Assembly (NCBI GenBank): GCA_030141605.1 | Contig: JAQGDQ010002367.1 | Location: 62,001 to 126,000 of the forward strand | Source of the DNA: Tubiluchus corallicola | Taxonomy: Eukaryota > Animalia > Priapulida | Length of the DNA stretch: 64,000 nucleotides | Direction of reading: 5' to 3' | Part shown: positions 12,960-25,979 of the stretch, piece by piece | Layout of the letters: each line of letters starts with the position of its first letter | Numbering within the stretch: position 1 is the stretch's first letter | Notes under the pieces: model-generated | What the model saw: only the letters and a program-made list of their open reading frames with translations | Told to the model about the DNA's origin: nothing | Databases searched by the model: none | Position numbers and translations under genes: made by a program

Positions 12960-13827
12960 TATAGTTGACACTCCTTGTGTACCGCCAGCATTCAGAACAA
13001 TAACTGTGGTGATGAAGCTCAGATAGCTCAGAAATTCTGGTATGATAGACAGTCACGTGCACGTTCTTTTGAGGTTGGACAGCAAGTATTAGTACAACAC
13101 AAAGGATGTCACAAACATCTATAACCGGGTCTTGGTGCAGTCCTATCCTAAGAAGATGGTGAGGGCAATGGTATGCCAGTCACTTATTTGAGTCGCAAAC
13201 TAACGTCACCTGAAAGCAACTACTCATTTGTTGAACTCGAGTTGCTTGCCATTATCTGGTCTATTGAAAAATTGTCCAAGGCAAAGAAAATGTCCTTGCA
13301 GATGCGCTTTCCAGAGCGTAAATGGTTATGAAATGAAAAAAGCACAAAGTTTATAAAATCATGCAAAGTTTTTGCTAGGTAAGAATTCAAAGCCAGCAAA
13401 TAAATATTATTTAATTGGTGGAAAAATCTGTTGAGAATTTATTCCAGCCCCAGGTGGGGTGTATAGTAACATTTTGGATATGATATGTCTGCTGTCATTT
13501 GCTTATTTACAATGATCAATTTATGTTGTATAGTTTTTGACATACTTTGCCACTAGATGGCAGTTACTTTCTTATCCTGAGTTTTTAGTTAAGCTAAGTG
13601 AAGGCAGATCCATGTTTAATTTAGTTAATGGGGGTAGCTCAAGCCTTTATTTTCCTTTGTACCAACTAACTTCCTGTTAGTGATTGAATTACAGAATGGA
13701 TGATCATCATGGATGAATATTCAATACGTTAAAACTAAGATATATGTTTCCTCGTATAAACTTCACTTGTTTTGCACATCTGCGTGGAGATGTAGTTTTA
13801 GATATGCCAAACAGATACATCTTGACA
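12960..13827 (+). mobile_element. Highly deleted Gypsy relic with integrase upstream of RNaseH (Gmr1-like order), followed by PPT and LTR-like DNA
   Basis: EAQIAQKFWYDRQSRARSFEVGQQVLV (integrase C-term, ~13014-13093), then GLGAVLS*...PVTYLSRKLTSPESNYSFVELELLAIIWSIEK...GKENVLADALSRA* (stop 13319-13321), then purine-rich AGGTGGGG at ~13452. Confidence 0.75.
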
Positions 13828-16099
13828 GTGTACATGTATAGTGAGTGGAAGCCAGAACAGTGACCTAGAAAAGTTAGTTCAGGTAGAGAGCTGCTTACGT
13901 TTGGATGTTAAAAGCAGCCATGTTAATAAAAAGCAGTGAATAAATGTTGGTAACAACATGAAAGTGATTGTGGAGCCGACAGTGGTTAGCTTGGTGTAGG
14001 TGTAGCTGGTGATGTTGGTAGACTAGACCCTCTGTCAAAGTCAACTATCCTATATATGTCAATCTCAGGTGCAAAGCCATATTTTGGACAGACAGTCATA
14101 TGCCATAGTGTTGATGTATGCAGAGTCAGACTTATTCTGTGCAGAACCGAAGTTGCCGGTAAGATGTATCATTACTACATTTTCTAGTATCTGGAGGAAC
14201 ATTAACTGTTTGCCAAACGTCGATCATTAACTTCTTGAAGTGAAGCTTGGGACTTGCTAGTAAAAAGACACTGACCCTGCTGGTGAAATACAGTCTATGG
14301 CGCCTCCCACTAACCTGCATTCTTACTATCCCTTCATTACCTTGGGAATGGGGCTTTACTTTGTGCACACCCTGTATATTGCTTATAAATTGTAATTCTG
14401 ATTAGAAAACCGTTTTGTCAGTGTTAAAGCTTTATTTTGCTATCATACAACGAATTTCACTGTCATTTACATCCTTTAGATTTCATGATGTGAACGCAGC
14501 TTTAATTTCAATAAACCTACAAAAGTGTTGATTTCTGTATAGTAATTATTTACTGTTTTGCATTAGTTTACATTTGGTGATTGGACATTGAGGTTATATC
14601 CAGTAATCACTAGACTGCCTATTAACAGTTAATCAGGTAACGATCTCTGTAGAGTTCAAACAATTTACATATTTTGTTTGAAGTCCTTAGACCAAAATTC
14701 CGTCATGTTACAAGTTATGATTGTTGAAAATAAATGAAGAATAGTTCAATGTGAACATGGTGAAAAAAGAATGTTTTTTCTTTTATTAGCTGTCCTCAAG
14801 AATATAAGGTGTCGAAATTTTCCAACAGAGGGGCCGAAAGGTTCTAAAATGAAGACTTAGATTGCCTTTTGGTTTATATGCTTGTGCCCACCAAAACCTG
14901 CTACCAATTTTGGAGCACCCTTTTTCAAAACCCTATGACTAAGGGTTAAGAACCTAAATTAAGATGGATTTGAAATTAGTTGGCCTAAGTGGGACTGAGG
15001 GAAAAACATGGCTGACAGAACTTGCAACTTGGCATGAGGGCAATGCCAAGGGCTCAAAGTCATCATTTAGGTCCACTCGACCCCCCTCCCCAAAAGGTCT
15101 TCGTGCACCCTTCGACTGTCGAGAGAAATTTGAGTGATTTCGGAAAGAACTTTGGAAAAATTCATGAAAATCGTATGAATACTTACTGTAGTCCCATAGG
15201 AGAGATTGTGACTTTTCAAATGCCATCTTGAGAGTCGCAATCTCTCCTGAGGGACTTCACAGCAGTACTGTATTTAAGGGTTAATACCATAGTCTAATCA
15301 AGCGAATCTGACCGTATTATTTCCCTGATGTATGCCCACAGACTGACACTAACAGTATACTGTGGCCTCTTTGTCTTATTGGACCATGGAACATTGCGAA
15401 AGGCAATGAACTGCGGTTTGGTGCAGTATATCCTGAAAAAGAGCACCCCAAAATTACCCAAGGACTAGTTTCTATTAGTTCCAAATAAACCTACATTTTC
15501 TAGCCTTCTTTTCCAACCGCGTGCAAGGGCTGACAGCATGGCCTACCCTGTTCAATTAACAGGCAACAGTGCACTGAAGTGAGTGCCCGATGTTGTGTAA
15601 ACATGTGCACGTGGTTGACGAACGCCTGACATTGTTTACATGTGTGTAGTCATGGCTGTTTGAGGAATCTGATTGGTTAATGCTAATGAGGGAAATAATC
15701 TGTTCGGAACTCAGTTGCAAAAAAACATTTGCGGCCCGCACATCGGGGAAGATGAGGAATTTACCGTGCTGTGTTTGATATTTAATAAATGTGTTGTTTA
15801 TTAAATAAAGTCTTGATAGTTTGCCCTAATTGCTCTTTTTTGAAGTTTGAACGTACGGTTGTTATCATGGTTAAAAGTTTCGCCCTAGCTTAGTAACTAA
15901 TACTTAATTCGCGACAAAATTAAAGCATGATATAATGTGAGTATAACATGCTCAAGAAGAACGCACTTAAGTTTGTTTAACTCCAACGGAACGTGAAATT
16001 TTGACAGCTAAACTATTAATATGGTCGGTCCAAAAAGGTTTTCGTTAATGTTTAGACTTTAGATTTAAAAATGAGTAGTCGAAATTTGTTAAATATTAC

Positions 16100-17960
16100 A
16101 GTTGTCGATTTTAACATTAAGATCGAACATTTTTCATAGCGTTGGCCATGGAAAAGCACAAACTTAATTTTACCGACATTAAGTAACAACTTATTTGCTC
16201 TAAGCTATTGACTTATAGAACAGAGTTCAAAATTTACGTTGTTTGAGATTTCGGATGCATCTGAACCAAGAGAAGAAATAGAAACTGTATCGTCAGAGTA
16301 CATAATGGTGGTAAAACCAACAAAAGAAGTCCACATTGAAATCGATCGATAATTGTCAAGTACAGCCTTAGCTTCTTTCTTGTAGAAGGGTGATACTCTC
16401 GGATAATTAATTTAGGGAATTTGGGAAGATGCTTTTGATAGAAGCTGAATTGGCTGTAAAAGTCCAAGACTAATTTGTTTAAGAATTTTAGCAGAAATTC
16501 ATTCTACACCAAAATTATAATGTTTCAAGAACTTTTGTGCAGGTGATTTGTCTAAAAGCAAAAGTTTTGGGAAATGGAATTGTTAAATAATCACAAAAAA
16601 ACTGGTATTTGTAGGCGCAATTTCGCTTACGATTTTTATCCCAATACTAGTGAAAAATTTATTAAAAGTCAGCTATACAAGAGCGCTTAATTAAAAACTA
16701 TCTAGAAAATAATACTTCGGTTTTGGTGTTGTTGATAATAGAACTGATGTTAGACCAGGTTTTTTTGATATCATTACAACAATATTGAAAACGGTCTGAA
16801 TAATACTGACGCCTAGAATTAGTAATGGTATTTTTTAATACTTTCTCATAATTGCGTAACGTGAGCATTTCTAACATGATAAAGGTTTGAATCACGTGGA
16901 GAACATTTAAGTTTAACATAAAACCGGTTTTTGGTTTTCATTGAGCGAAGAATGCATAGGTAATCGATGGTTTCATGTTATGTTTATAAGTGTCGGCTTG
17001 TATTTATCTAGTGAGACTCAGTTAAAATAAAACTAAAAAATCCGTAATTATAGTTTATATTGCCATGACTAGAATAAACGTACAAAAAATAACAATTAAA
17101 CAGACTTGTTTCAGCTTATCAATTTGAACACGTAATGTGTTGTAAAATTCGATAAACGTCGTGGGTTTTATTTTGGAATACACTCACGGAATGATACAAA
17201 ATAACTTTTATGAACGAAAATTTGATTGATAAGTATCCCAGCTGAAATATTACAAAATGTTTCGTCAATTCGAATAAAGTTATCAATTGAGGTCAAGCAA
17301 GCGTAATAGGGTGGGAAAAACGGTATCTAAGAAGTGTTTTGTACTCAAGTTTTTTAGAAATTTTTAATAAGTTAATATTTATTTCGCCCCAAATAAAAAT
17401 GGATAAATGTACACTTTCAAAAGTAGCAAGTACATTTGAAAATTCATCGCTAAAATCAAAGCATGATTGAAAAAGATTTTTAGGAGGACGATAACCATTG
17501 CCTAATATGATTCATTTGTTTACAGTTAAACCAAAAATTTCAACGAATTGACGTTCCCATAATGATTTATCGCAATTAGCAATAGGAATTTCCTTATTGC
17601 TAAAATCGTCTTGAATATATATTGCTAGACCGCCGTGCATATAGTCTGTACACTCTTTAGTAATAAGATTAATAACCACCAAGATTAAAAAGGGAGCTGC
17701 TTTCGTTGCAATATAACAAAGTTTCCTGTAAGCATATAGCACTGAATGGGATTCCGTTAGTCTGCAAAAGCTTAAGAAACGTAGAAAGTTTGAGAAATTT
17801 CGAAGTTAAAGATTGATGGTTTAAGTTAAGTATGCGAAATTCATCTTGTGAGATTTCACAAAACTTTTTGAAGTCAGCATCACTATAGTACAGGGAACCG
17901 ATTAATTGAATATAACCGAATAGGGTGGTCGCCGCCTGCACTGTAATGTAACTTTAAAAT
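16100..17960 (-). mobile_element. CR1/L2-group LINE ORF2 relic (APE endonuclease + start of RT)
   Basis: FRILNLNHQSLTSKF...FSAICLQET, HGGLAIYI, GNGYRPP, YYSDRF...NDIKKTWSNISSII, SQFSF. Confidence 0.85.
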
Positions 17961-18812
17961 TACGATTAAATTATTCTGGTCGGATACCTAGAACCTCCAA
18001 ACCTCCATCTAGTGATAAATAATGAAAAGAGAGTGAGCATTTATACGATTTGGTTGCCATCTTTCACGTCATCTTGAAAATTAGGGTTTCTGGTGATCAA
18101 ACAATGATGCGCTTCTAATTTTGTTATTAAAGCACGACCTCATGCTCTAAAATATGGTTGCTAAACCTTTAATAGCAAATTTTAGGGTCAAAACGTTTCA
18201 GCTATCTACTGTTACCCAACTGTTTTACTCTCATCATTTCATGTGATATTATCATGTGTAATTTTCTATCTTTGCCTCCATTTTAATTTTCAATGCAAAT
18301 ATTTGCTTACATCGACGAACAGCCTATACATAAAGTGTGCTAATTGACGCTATAATGCAAAACAGTTCAAGCATATCAGATATTAAACACAATTTTTACC
18401 AACTAACTGCGTATATTAATTAACTGTTTAGCTTCGACTACAGAGAGTATAATTGCGATATTCTTTTGTGCTCATGGCTGATATATATTTCAAATTAACC
18501 TCCTTTAAACAATAATGTAATTCGATGTGGTCACATTTGCAAGCCGTGTAGCTATGCACCTGGACAATTACCAATAGTAAAATATTAATGACATTTTTAA
18601 CAATTAACGCATGTTAATATCTGCTTGGCAGAAATATAAGACATGCCATTAAAGTTTCATGCTTTGCGTCACTCACGGTTACACAGTGTACACAAATGAA
18701 GAAGATGATAATCGATCGCACAGACAATTAGATAACACTCATCGCTAATCTATTATTTTTCACACGCAGCAGCATAAAAAAAGAACGAAGTTTAACAATC
18801 GTGGTAATATGA

Positions 18813-18817
<5 letters not shown>

Positions 18818-18881
<64 letters not shown>
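18818..18881. repeat. (TA)n microsatellite
   Basis: Visible directly. Confidence 0.97.
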
Positions 18882-18884
<3 letters not shown>

Positions 18885-19129
18885 TAATGCGTTGAATAAA
18901 AGAGGACAGATGTCATTTGTTTTCAAACATGTTAGAAAAACAAAAAAATGTGTTGATTGGTTGACATGTGATGGGTAGGTCCTGTTGAAACATGTGATAC
19001 TAGTAATTTATAAACAAATTTAGTGTTATCAGTCGAAAGAACGTTAATGCTGAAGCCTACCTTCACTATTTTTTGTACCGCATGTAATGCTAAACTCTCT
19101 CTACTTTTAGATTATCTCTCACTGGCAAT

Positions 19130-19560
19130 TTTTTATCAGAAGAGATTAGTCATATATTTTTAGCTTGAATCATCGAAAAGCTATGCTTCCTAAACAGCCA
19201 CACCTCAGATGCGTACAGAATGATGGGTAGCACAGTGACTTTGAAAAGATTAATTATAGTTGGTAAACTGAAGTTGGTGCTTCTGTCTTGTCAGATTGTG
19301 TATTTAACAACAGTCGCCATTTCTGGCACCATATATGTGGACTTTCACAACAACTCTGAGCAGTTTACGTATTTATATCTGTACTTTGACTCGATATGTG
19401 CAACGTGCCATCATCGGCATATTGAAAATTTCTCCACATGTTTAGGCATTTGGTTAACATTTCTGCTACAAAAAATATAAACAGCGTCGGGGACAAAACC
19501 TAATTTTGTGATAACCCATAACTTTGCTTCACTTTCTTTAAGCTTCAAAAGATTACACAT
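19130..19560 (-). mobile_element. LINE ORF2 C-terminal fragment
   Basis: Minus-strand TVLPIILYASEVW (~19196-19236), the typical post-RT 'P.L.Y..E.W' motif. Confidence 0.5.
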
Positions 19561-20449
19561 TTCTCTTTTTAAGTCATTCATTATTTGTGAATCTGCAACA
19601 AACTGAAGAGCGTTACCTTGTTTTCTGGGGTAAAAAGCCTGCGTATCAGCTTTCTCCTCAGATTCTGCGTCGCTGTCGCTTTGTATGTCTTCGTCGCTAT
19701 GTAACTTTCAGCTTGTTTGAGAAAATCAGATATATCATATATGAAGTGCCTGTCGCACAAGTATTGCCCATTTGGTCTAAATGATCCTGAAACCACGTTC
19801 TTTTTCAACATATTTGGCAATTTTTAGCCGCGCCAGTAGGTTTTTGTCCTGGCATAATTACCGTACAGCAGGCTTGTATATCCCGAGGCTATCAAAACGC
19901 AGTTAAGAGAATTTGTTTGAACACTGGCTAACGTAAGCCTACAGTTCTTTATAATTTAAGAACAGTTGTTGTAAAAGTTTTTACTACATTTCTCAAAAAT
20001 TTAGTCCGACACCATTTTACAAAAATTCGCGAGCTAAAACGATCCGTATGAAGTGCACCGTTCCGTGACCACTGCAAGCGCTGTGACTGTGACCACTGAT
20101 ATATATCACACTGCACTACATTACATAACTTTACAACATTCTATTACATTTGCAGAACGTATTGCAGAATCTTCGGTTTGTGACTTTGTCATATAGGGTT
20201 TTCTAGTTTAAAGCTACTCGTATTTTCTTAATAGTTAGATGCAATTAAAATGTTTTTACAGAATTTGAATAATGTCGTATCTGTAGCAAATACCTGGCAT
20301 TAACAAACTGCACGTTTGCATTGCAATGTACGAAACTTTGACACTCTGTTTTGTTGCCCCACAATTTTGGGCATATCAGTTATTTTGTTTTTTTCATATA
20401 CATAAATTGATAAAATTTTTTGAATCTTGTGTGGTTGTTGTTATTGTTA

Positions 20450-20466
20450 TTATTATTACTATACTA

Positions 20467-20533
<67 letters not shown>

Positions 20534-20545
20534 TATTATTATTAC

Positions 20546-20584
<39 letters not shown>
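20450..20584. repeat. (ATT)n microsatellite next to the Shaw exon 2 donor
   Basis: Visible directly. Confidence 0.97.
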
Positions 20585-20585
<1 letters not shown>

Positions 20586-20644
20586 AGACGACCTTAACAA
20601 TTCCAAAAGTTTGTTAGAGCAATTAACAAAGAAGTCCATCCTAC

Positions 20645-20848
20645 CAACGCACTTGTTGAAGAATAAGGTTGGTCAAGGAACGCCCACAGCTTTGGTTTAT
20701 ACTGTTTCCAGCAGCTTGCATTGGCCGATAAACCCGCCTCATTGTCAATACCAAAGATTTTGGTGACTTGAGTCAGACTTTTTGCGTCAACATCTAGTTC
20801 ATCCTCACTAGCCAACTCTGGATCTCCAACAAAAGCACGAAGGGTTTC
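20645..20848 (-). CDS. Shaw: Shaw/Kv3 channel coding exon 2 (T1-S1 linker)
   Basis: Acceptor TTTGTTACAG|GAA and donor TTG|GTAGGA; 204 nt, phase 0/0. ETLRAF...WKQYKPKLWAFLDQPYSSTSAL matches the Shaw pre-S1 'W....PKIW.LFD.PYSS..A' motif. Confidence 0.92.
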
Positions 20849-21029
20849 CTGTAACAAAATCAGTTTAGTAAGTTTAGCGTGTGATAGCTCTTTACTTTTT
20901 CTTGAATTTGATGTTGCAGTACTGAAAAAATAAAATGGGCAGTAACGTTGCTGTATAACTTGGAATCTTGCTTACTCCCAAAAAATGAAAGCAAAATAGA
21001 TGCACTGAATTGAATTAAATATATTGACT

Positions 21030-22900
21030 AACAGGCATAAAGCATAATAGCCGGTGGTGGTTTTTGGTGTCAGAGGGTGCGGACGTGTCTGAAGTCTCTC
21101 TGAGTTTTGCAGTTTTTACGCGAACGTTTATGATCACGAAGTCTCAAATCACTCAAAGTATCTATTCCCACTGACGAAGTCGCCTCACTCGAATCTGGCA
21201 TCCTCTCTGATGACTTGGATGGAGCTCCTAAAGCAGCTGGTAAACTATGAACTGAACGTCATGGTTCAAAACCTCTGAAAAGCCCCTTCTTCACTGGGGG
21301 GCTTTTCTCAACCTCGGCATTACTATTATTATAGTAATAATACATCGGCAACCCTTATTACATCATCGGTTGTAAAAAAAAACTTGCTGTAAGTATACAG
21401 TCCACGATGTGTGTATATCGCTACGTGTTTTTGTGATTCCTCGTTAAGCAAAATTTCCAAGTACACATTTGATAAACAAAGTTCCATCTGTCACTTTGCT
21501 GTACAGTTTTTCGATACAGGGTAATGGATATGGATCTAGTTTGAAAATCTTGTTGATGGTCACTTTATTGTCACGACAGATGTGGATTGAGCCATCTTAT
21601 TTAATGAAAGGTGCAATCGGTGCTGCAAATCTAGAAAACTGAACCAGTTTAATTATGTCAAGTTTTTCTAGTTTATCAAGTTCGCGTTCCACACCTTTAA
21701 AGCGTGTGGTGCGGATTTCACCTTGAAGAACATAAGTGTTGCTGACTTATCAACATAGATATGACTTTTAAAATGCCAAGTTCGTTGTTGAATAGGTTAC
21801 TGTGTTCGTCTAGTATAGCTAGTACTTCGTTTTAAGTTATGTTCTCAACGTGTACCGCGTGCATAAATTTCCAGGCTAACTTCAGCATATTTAACCAGTT
21901 TCTGCGGAGCAATGTTGTTGTTCTGCCAGAAACTATTAAAAGCGGAAGTTCCTTTTGTTGACTATTATGAGAAACGTTCACAAAAAAATTTCGGCGCACT
22001 GTTAAGTGTTCAAAAGTATTTAAATCAACATCAGATTTTTTAAAGTTTTGGGCGAGCTTTTACCACTGGACACATTCTTGCTAAATGTTTGTTTAATGTA
22101 GTTCTACTTATAATTAACTTAGACGCGTCCGTATCCAGCTCCATATATAAATTACGGTTATCAATATTGATGTTCATCACGAGGGGCCCTTGTTTGAACG
22201 TTTTTGCACGGTCTGATCCGACTATCTTCCTTGATTTTGTTGTACACATCTTTGTTAGTTATAACATTTTATCTGCAATATGGTACGTATAAATGTCATT
22301 GAAACGCATCAATTTCCAGCTGATTATTTACTTTCAACGTGTACAATTCCAATTGTATAGAAAAATGGAAGATATGTAAGTGTTGAAGACCCTAAGTTCA
22401 CAGTTTAGACTAATGTTCTTGTTACTGAAAACATTTTCAAGTTTTGAGAATGCCGCTAGTGACAACATCTTTCGTTTGATGTCTTCTTCAGTACGTAATA
22501 GATTGTAAAGGTATAATGTATTTTATTGTGTTTACGAGAAAATGCTTTGCTAAAATGATTTAATTTTCCACACAAATAGGATTTTTTCACTTGCTGGGCA
22601 GTTGCCAAGACCATTATTATGATATCTATCACCTATTCACAAAACACACATTTCGGTTTTGTTATGTACGTTTTTGCACGTTTTTGGACTACTTGGAGTT
22701 TTGTGTTTTTCTTTTGTGCTTGTGCTGTTGTCATTTCCAGGTTTATGTTGTGTCGTTGATATTTGGTTGTTATATTGCGGCTTTGCAAATGCTTCTTCCT
22801 CTCTTTTCATTGTTGTTACCTGTTGCTATGCCAACTCCATTGTACGCCCACGCTCAAAAATTTTTCAAGCGTCACATCACTAAAGCGTTTATATGCCCAG
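21030..22900 (-). mobile_element. Degenerate Gypsy gag-PR-RT relic
   Basis: Protease-like LYMELDTDASKLIIS (~22110-22150); RT-like LNEESQKHVAIYTHRGLYTYSK (~21383-21448); heavily decayed, ends approximate. Confidence 0.7.
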
Positions 22901-25900
22901 GTTATTGTTGAAACACGTACCTATCAGTATCCATAAGATTTTATCTCTGTTTTTATCAGTGAATTCACACGTTTCGTGTAATAGGAGTCGTTGTATTCCT
23001 GCTTTAATTCGTGAAACAAATAAATGGCGTATTCAATATTTTTTTGCAATATGCATTCAAAACGCGAAGACTTGCAGTATTGTTCGTTTTTGAGGTTTGT
23101 TCTCAGTTTCAGTAGCTAGCACTGCTTGTAACGTGTCATATGTACTGGTGGTGCTAACAATAATTAACATTTAGGTTTTCCGACTACGATGCTACACAAT
23201 CAAGACATTTAACTCGCTGGATGCTGAAGAGTGATTATGTCTTCGCAGTTACTTTTATCTAGTAGCGTGTAAGCTAAGCTAACTCCTGATTCCAAGACGG
23301 ACTATCAAATCATCATATTCTATTCACCCTGTTTTTCTGATTCATCACCTCACATAGTATTACACTTTTGCCTTCCGCCCCAGTTTGCATTTTGGTTTAT
23401 GTCCTACTTAGCCTTGTACTTTTTTCTTGTACATAAGCTATGGTTCGCTGTTAGACATTTCATTAGTTTCTACAAGGCCTGTCTTTGTTCTATAACTGTA
23501 ATCTGTGTTTTTACAGGTTATGAATTTCTCCCTTGTTTATTATTTGCTGTGTTACTGTGCTTTTTGCTTGCATCCTTTTTAGTGAGGTACCTTTTTTAAT
23601 ACTGTGATGCCGTCTATGATAACAAGGATTATAATTTACTACATGTATTAACTAAAAAAAATTATAAAAAAAGAAAGAAAAAGTAAAATGAAACGCTTAA
23701 CAAGAGTTTATAGCTGACACTTACGCGTTGAGTCGAAATGCAAACCAAGGGATTAAACCAAAAATTACTGAATCACTACTGACTTAATAACAGCAACCAA
23801 GAAAAAAAGACAAAATGAAACCGAAGCCGAACATGGCCAGAACGCACTGCCCCCGAATCTACGAGAACAGGTTACACGCTCGAGAAAATTGCCCTAGAAA
23901 ACTGAGCTTTGATTGGCCCACGCAATTTTGCATTTTTATGAAGCCCGTGGTTTCCGAGGCGGTTTAATCCCGCCACACTACCCCCACCTTTCTGAAATAA
24001 AAGCGTCCTCGCTTTTAGAAAACACTAATTATTTCAGAAACAATGATGACAGCTGACGCCAACCGCTTGCATTTAACCTTAACGCGTAAAAGAAAAGATT
24101 TTTATTTTCTATATCATTTGTGTGCACAAGTGTATGGATGCTCAGTTTACAAAATTTCGAGTATGCTTTTCCTTTAACTTAATTAATACCTGACGTATCC
24201 ACTTAATTAATTACATTTACAATCACTGCTAAGGAAAAATAAAAATAAGATTCCTATACAACTTCTCTACGGATGTTAGAATCAGTAATAACCAACTTAT
24301 ATACTGCAATTCTTAAGTTATTTTAACAAAGGTGCATTTTAGCGGTTTTTTTAACATTCGAAGTTGTGTTACTACATTTTATTAAAATAAAAAAGTATCG
24401 CATTCAGTTTTAATTTGGACGGTTTTTAAAGCATAAAGATCGTAGCCTAAAAGTGGACATATAATTACAATTGTTACTGCATCAATTAAGTCAACTAGCA
24501 TTTTTTCTTAAGTGAAAGGTTAAAAAAATAATTCCTTACGTGTTACGAGTTTTTGATTATTTAAAAAAACATTACAGGTGTATTATTGATCTAATATTTT
24601 CAGTATCAGTAGGGCAATTCTTCATCAATGTTCCTACTTTTGTGCACTTTACAACTAGTAATGTTATATTTCATTTTACAATTTCAATAACTATCTGACG
24701 ATGCATTTCGACAGCTGAAATCACTGAAGGAGAAGTTGGACTTTAAAACATTTTAAACGTGACACGGGCTGGGGCGATTATGTGCGTTCTCAAGAGCAGA
24801 CAAAAGAAGACATTCAGTATTGATCAATCAAGTATACCAAGTAAAAGGCCACTCAATTGGGCAAGAATGATGAAGAACCAAGTTACCAAACTATAAATGG
24901 CCACTCAATCAAGCGGATACATTAACCAATCAGTTAACGAGTTTAATAAGCCGACAACTAGAGCAACCACGAAATCGACGGGAGTGTATGTGCATTAGTA
25001 ATTTTTTTGTAAGGTTAATAGGACCAATCGAGATTTTTACTGAATCACAGACTCGTAATAATTTTATGACAAGACTCGTAATAATTATACGACGGACTAA
25101 TTGTACAAATAATTTCTATTATGAACATAAACGTCAGAATTCAATTGTTTTATCCTGCCATTAATCAACTAAATTGATTAGTGCTAGACGCAATAACAGG
25201 CCATAATTGGAAACAATATTCAACTATTCAAGAACATTTATTATACAATGATTCCTGGTATAACATTTTCTGTTACTTTTGCCAAGTATTCATTCACATT
25301 ATTACTTCATCTCTTATTCTCTCCCTGCTTTTCTTTAGAGGATTAGAGCCTCAGTAATCGCTTATTCTAAAAAGGAGTATTCGCTTTACTTAAAGACTTA
25401 GCTATCAGATTTTATTTGCTCTAAGCCTCTTCTTTACGTCGAATTGGCAATTTTCGTCTTTTTGGTAGAATTTACGGCAAGCTTGTAAGCATCACTGGTC
25501 TAACAGCGTTGTATCGCATTTCTTTGTTTGATACAGTGTGGCGATTTAAAGGGAGAAAACTGATTCATCTTCATCCAGGTATGCTTCTACAGTAGGACAC
25601 GTGTTGACGGCGTTTCTCTAAACCAGCTGATCAAGTAAACATTGGAATTTGTGATTTTTTTCTTTGTCTATTCAGTTTCGCTCACCTTTTATTAGATTTT
25701 GGACGAATGTTCCTTTTTTCTTCTCACGCTTCTTACAAAGGCCATTGTTAGATTTTTGTCCGTAATGAATTCCAAAACATCTGTAGCCTGATAACCGTAT
25801 AAAAAATGATTTCTCTTGAAAGATCCTTTTTTGCGAGCGTGGTTGTAGTACTCTTGGAAAGTTAATTATTAAGGTACTTTGCAACTACATACTCCGGTTT

Positions 25901-25979
25901 GCAGCTTGGTAATAAGACGTTCACGGGTTTTACTCCTTGTTTTAAGAATCACGACTACTATTACAGCAACGACAGAGTT

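Larger units (their letters stand above)
9525..15732 (+). mobile_element. Mutator-like DNA transposon (MULE), non-autonomous, 6208 bp
   Basis: ~65-bp imperfect TIRs (GCGAAATTTTTTTTTGCAACTGAGTTCCGGACAGATTATTTTCCTCATTTGCATTAACCAATCAG and its inverse at 15669-15732); perfect 9-bp TSD GGCCCGCAC at 9516-9524 and 15733-15741; transposase remnants inside. Confidence 0.92.

Noticed and set aside
10774-14380. AATATACAGGGTGTGC at ~10774 and its inverse at ~14365 as Tc1/mariner TIRs
   Set aside because: The match stops after ~16 bp and would enclose exons belonging to the MULE transposase; more likely unrelated remnants or chance.
9026-16006. Solo LTR (TG...CA, GCTA flanks) split by the MULE
   Set aside because: A 4-bp match without inverted termini is too weak, although the MULE flanks do look LTR-like.
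20326-20639. Poly-L/Y/N ORFs (also poly-I at 46148-46390 and YI repeats at 6463 and 18728)
   Set aside because: Microsatellite artefacts.
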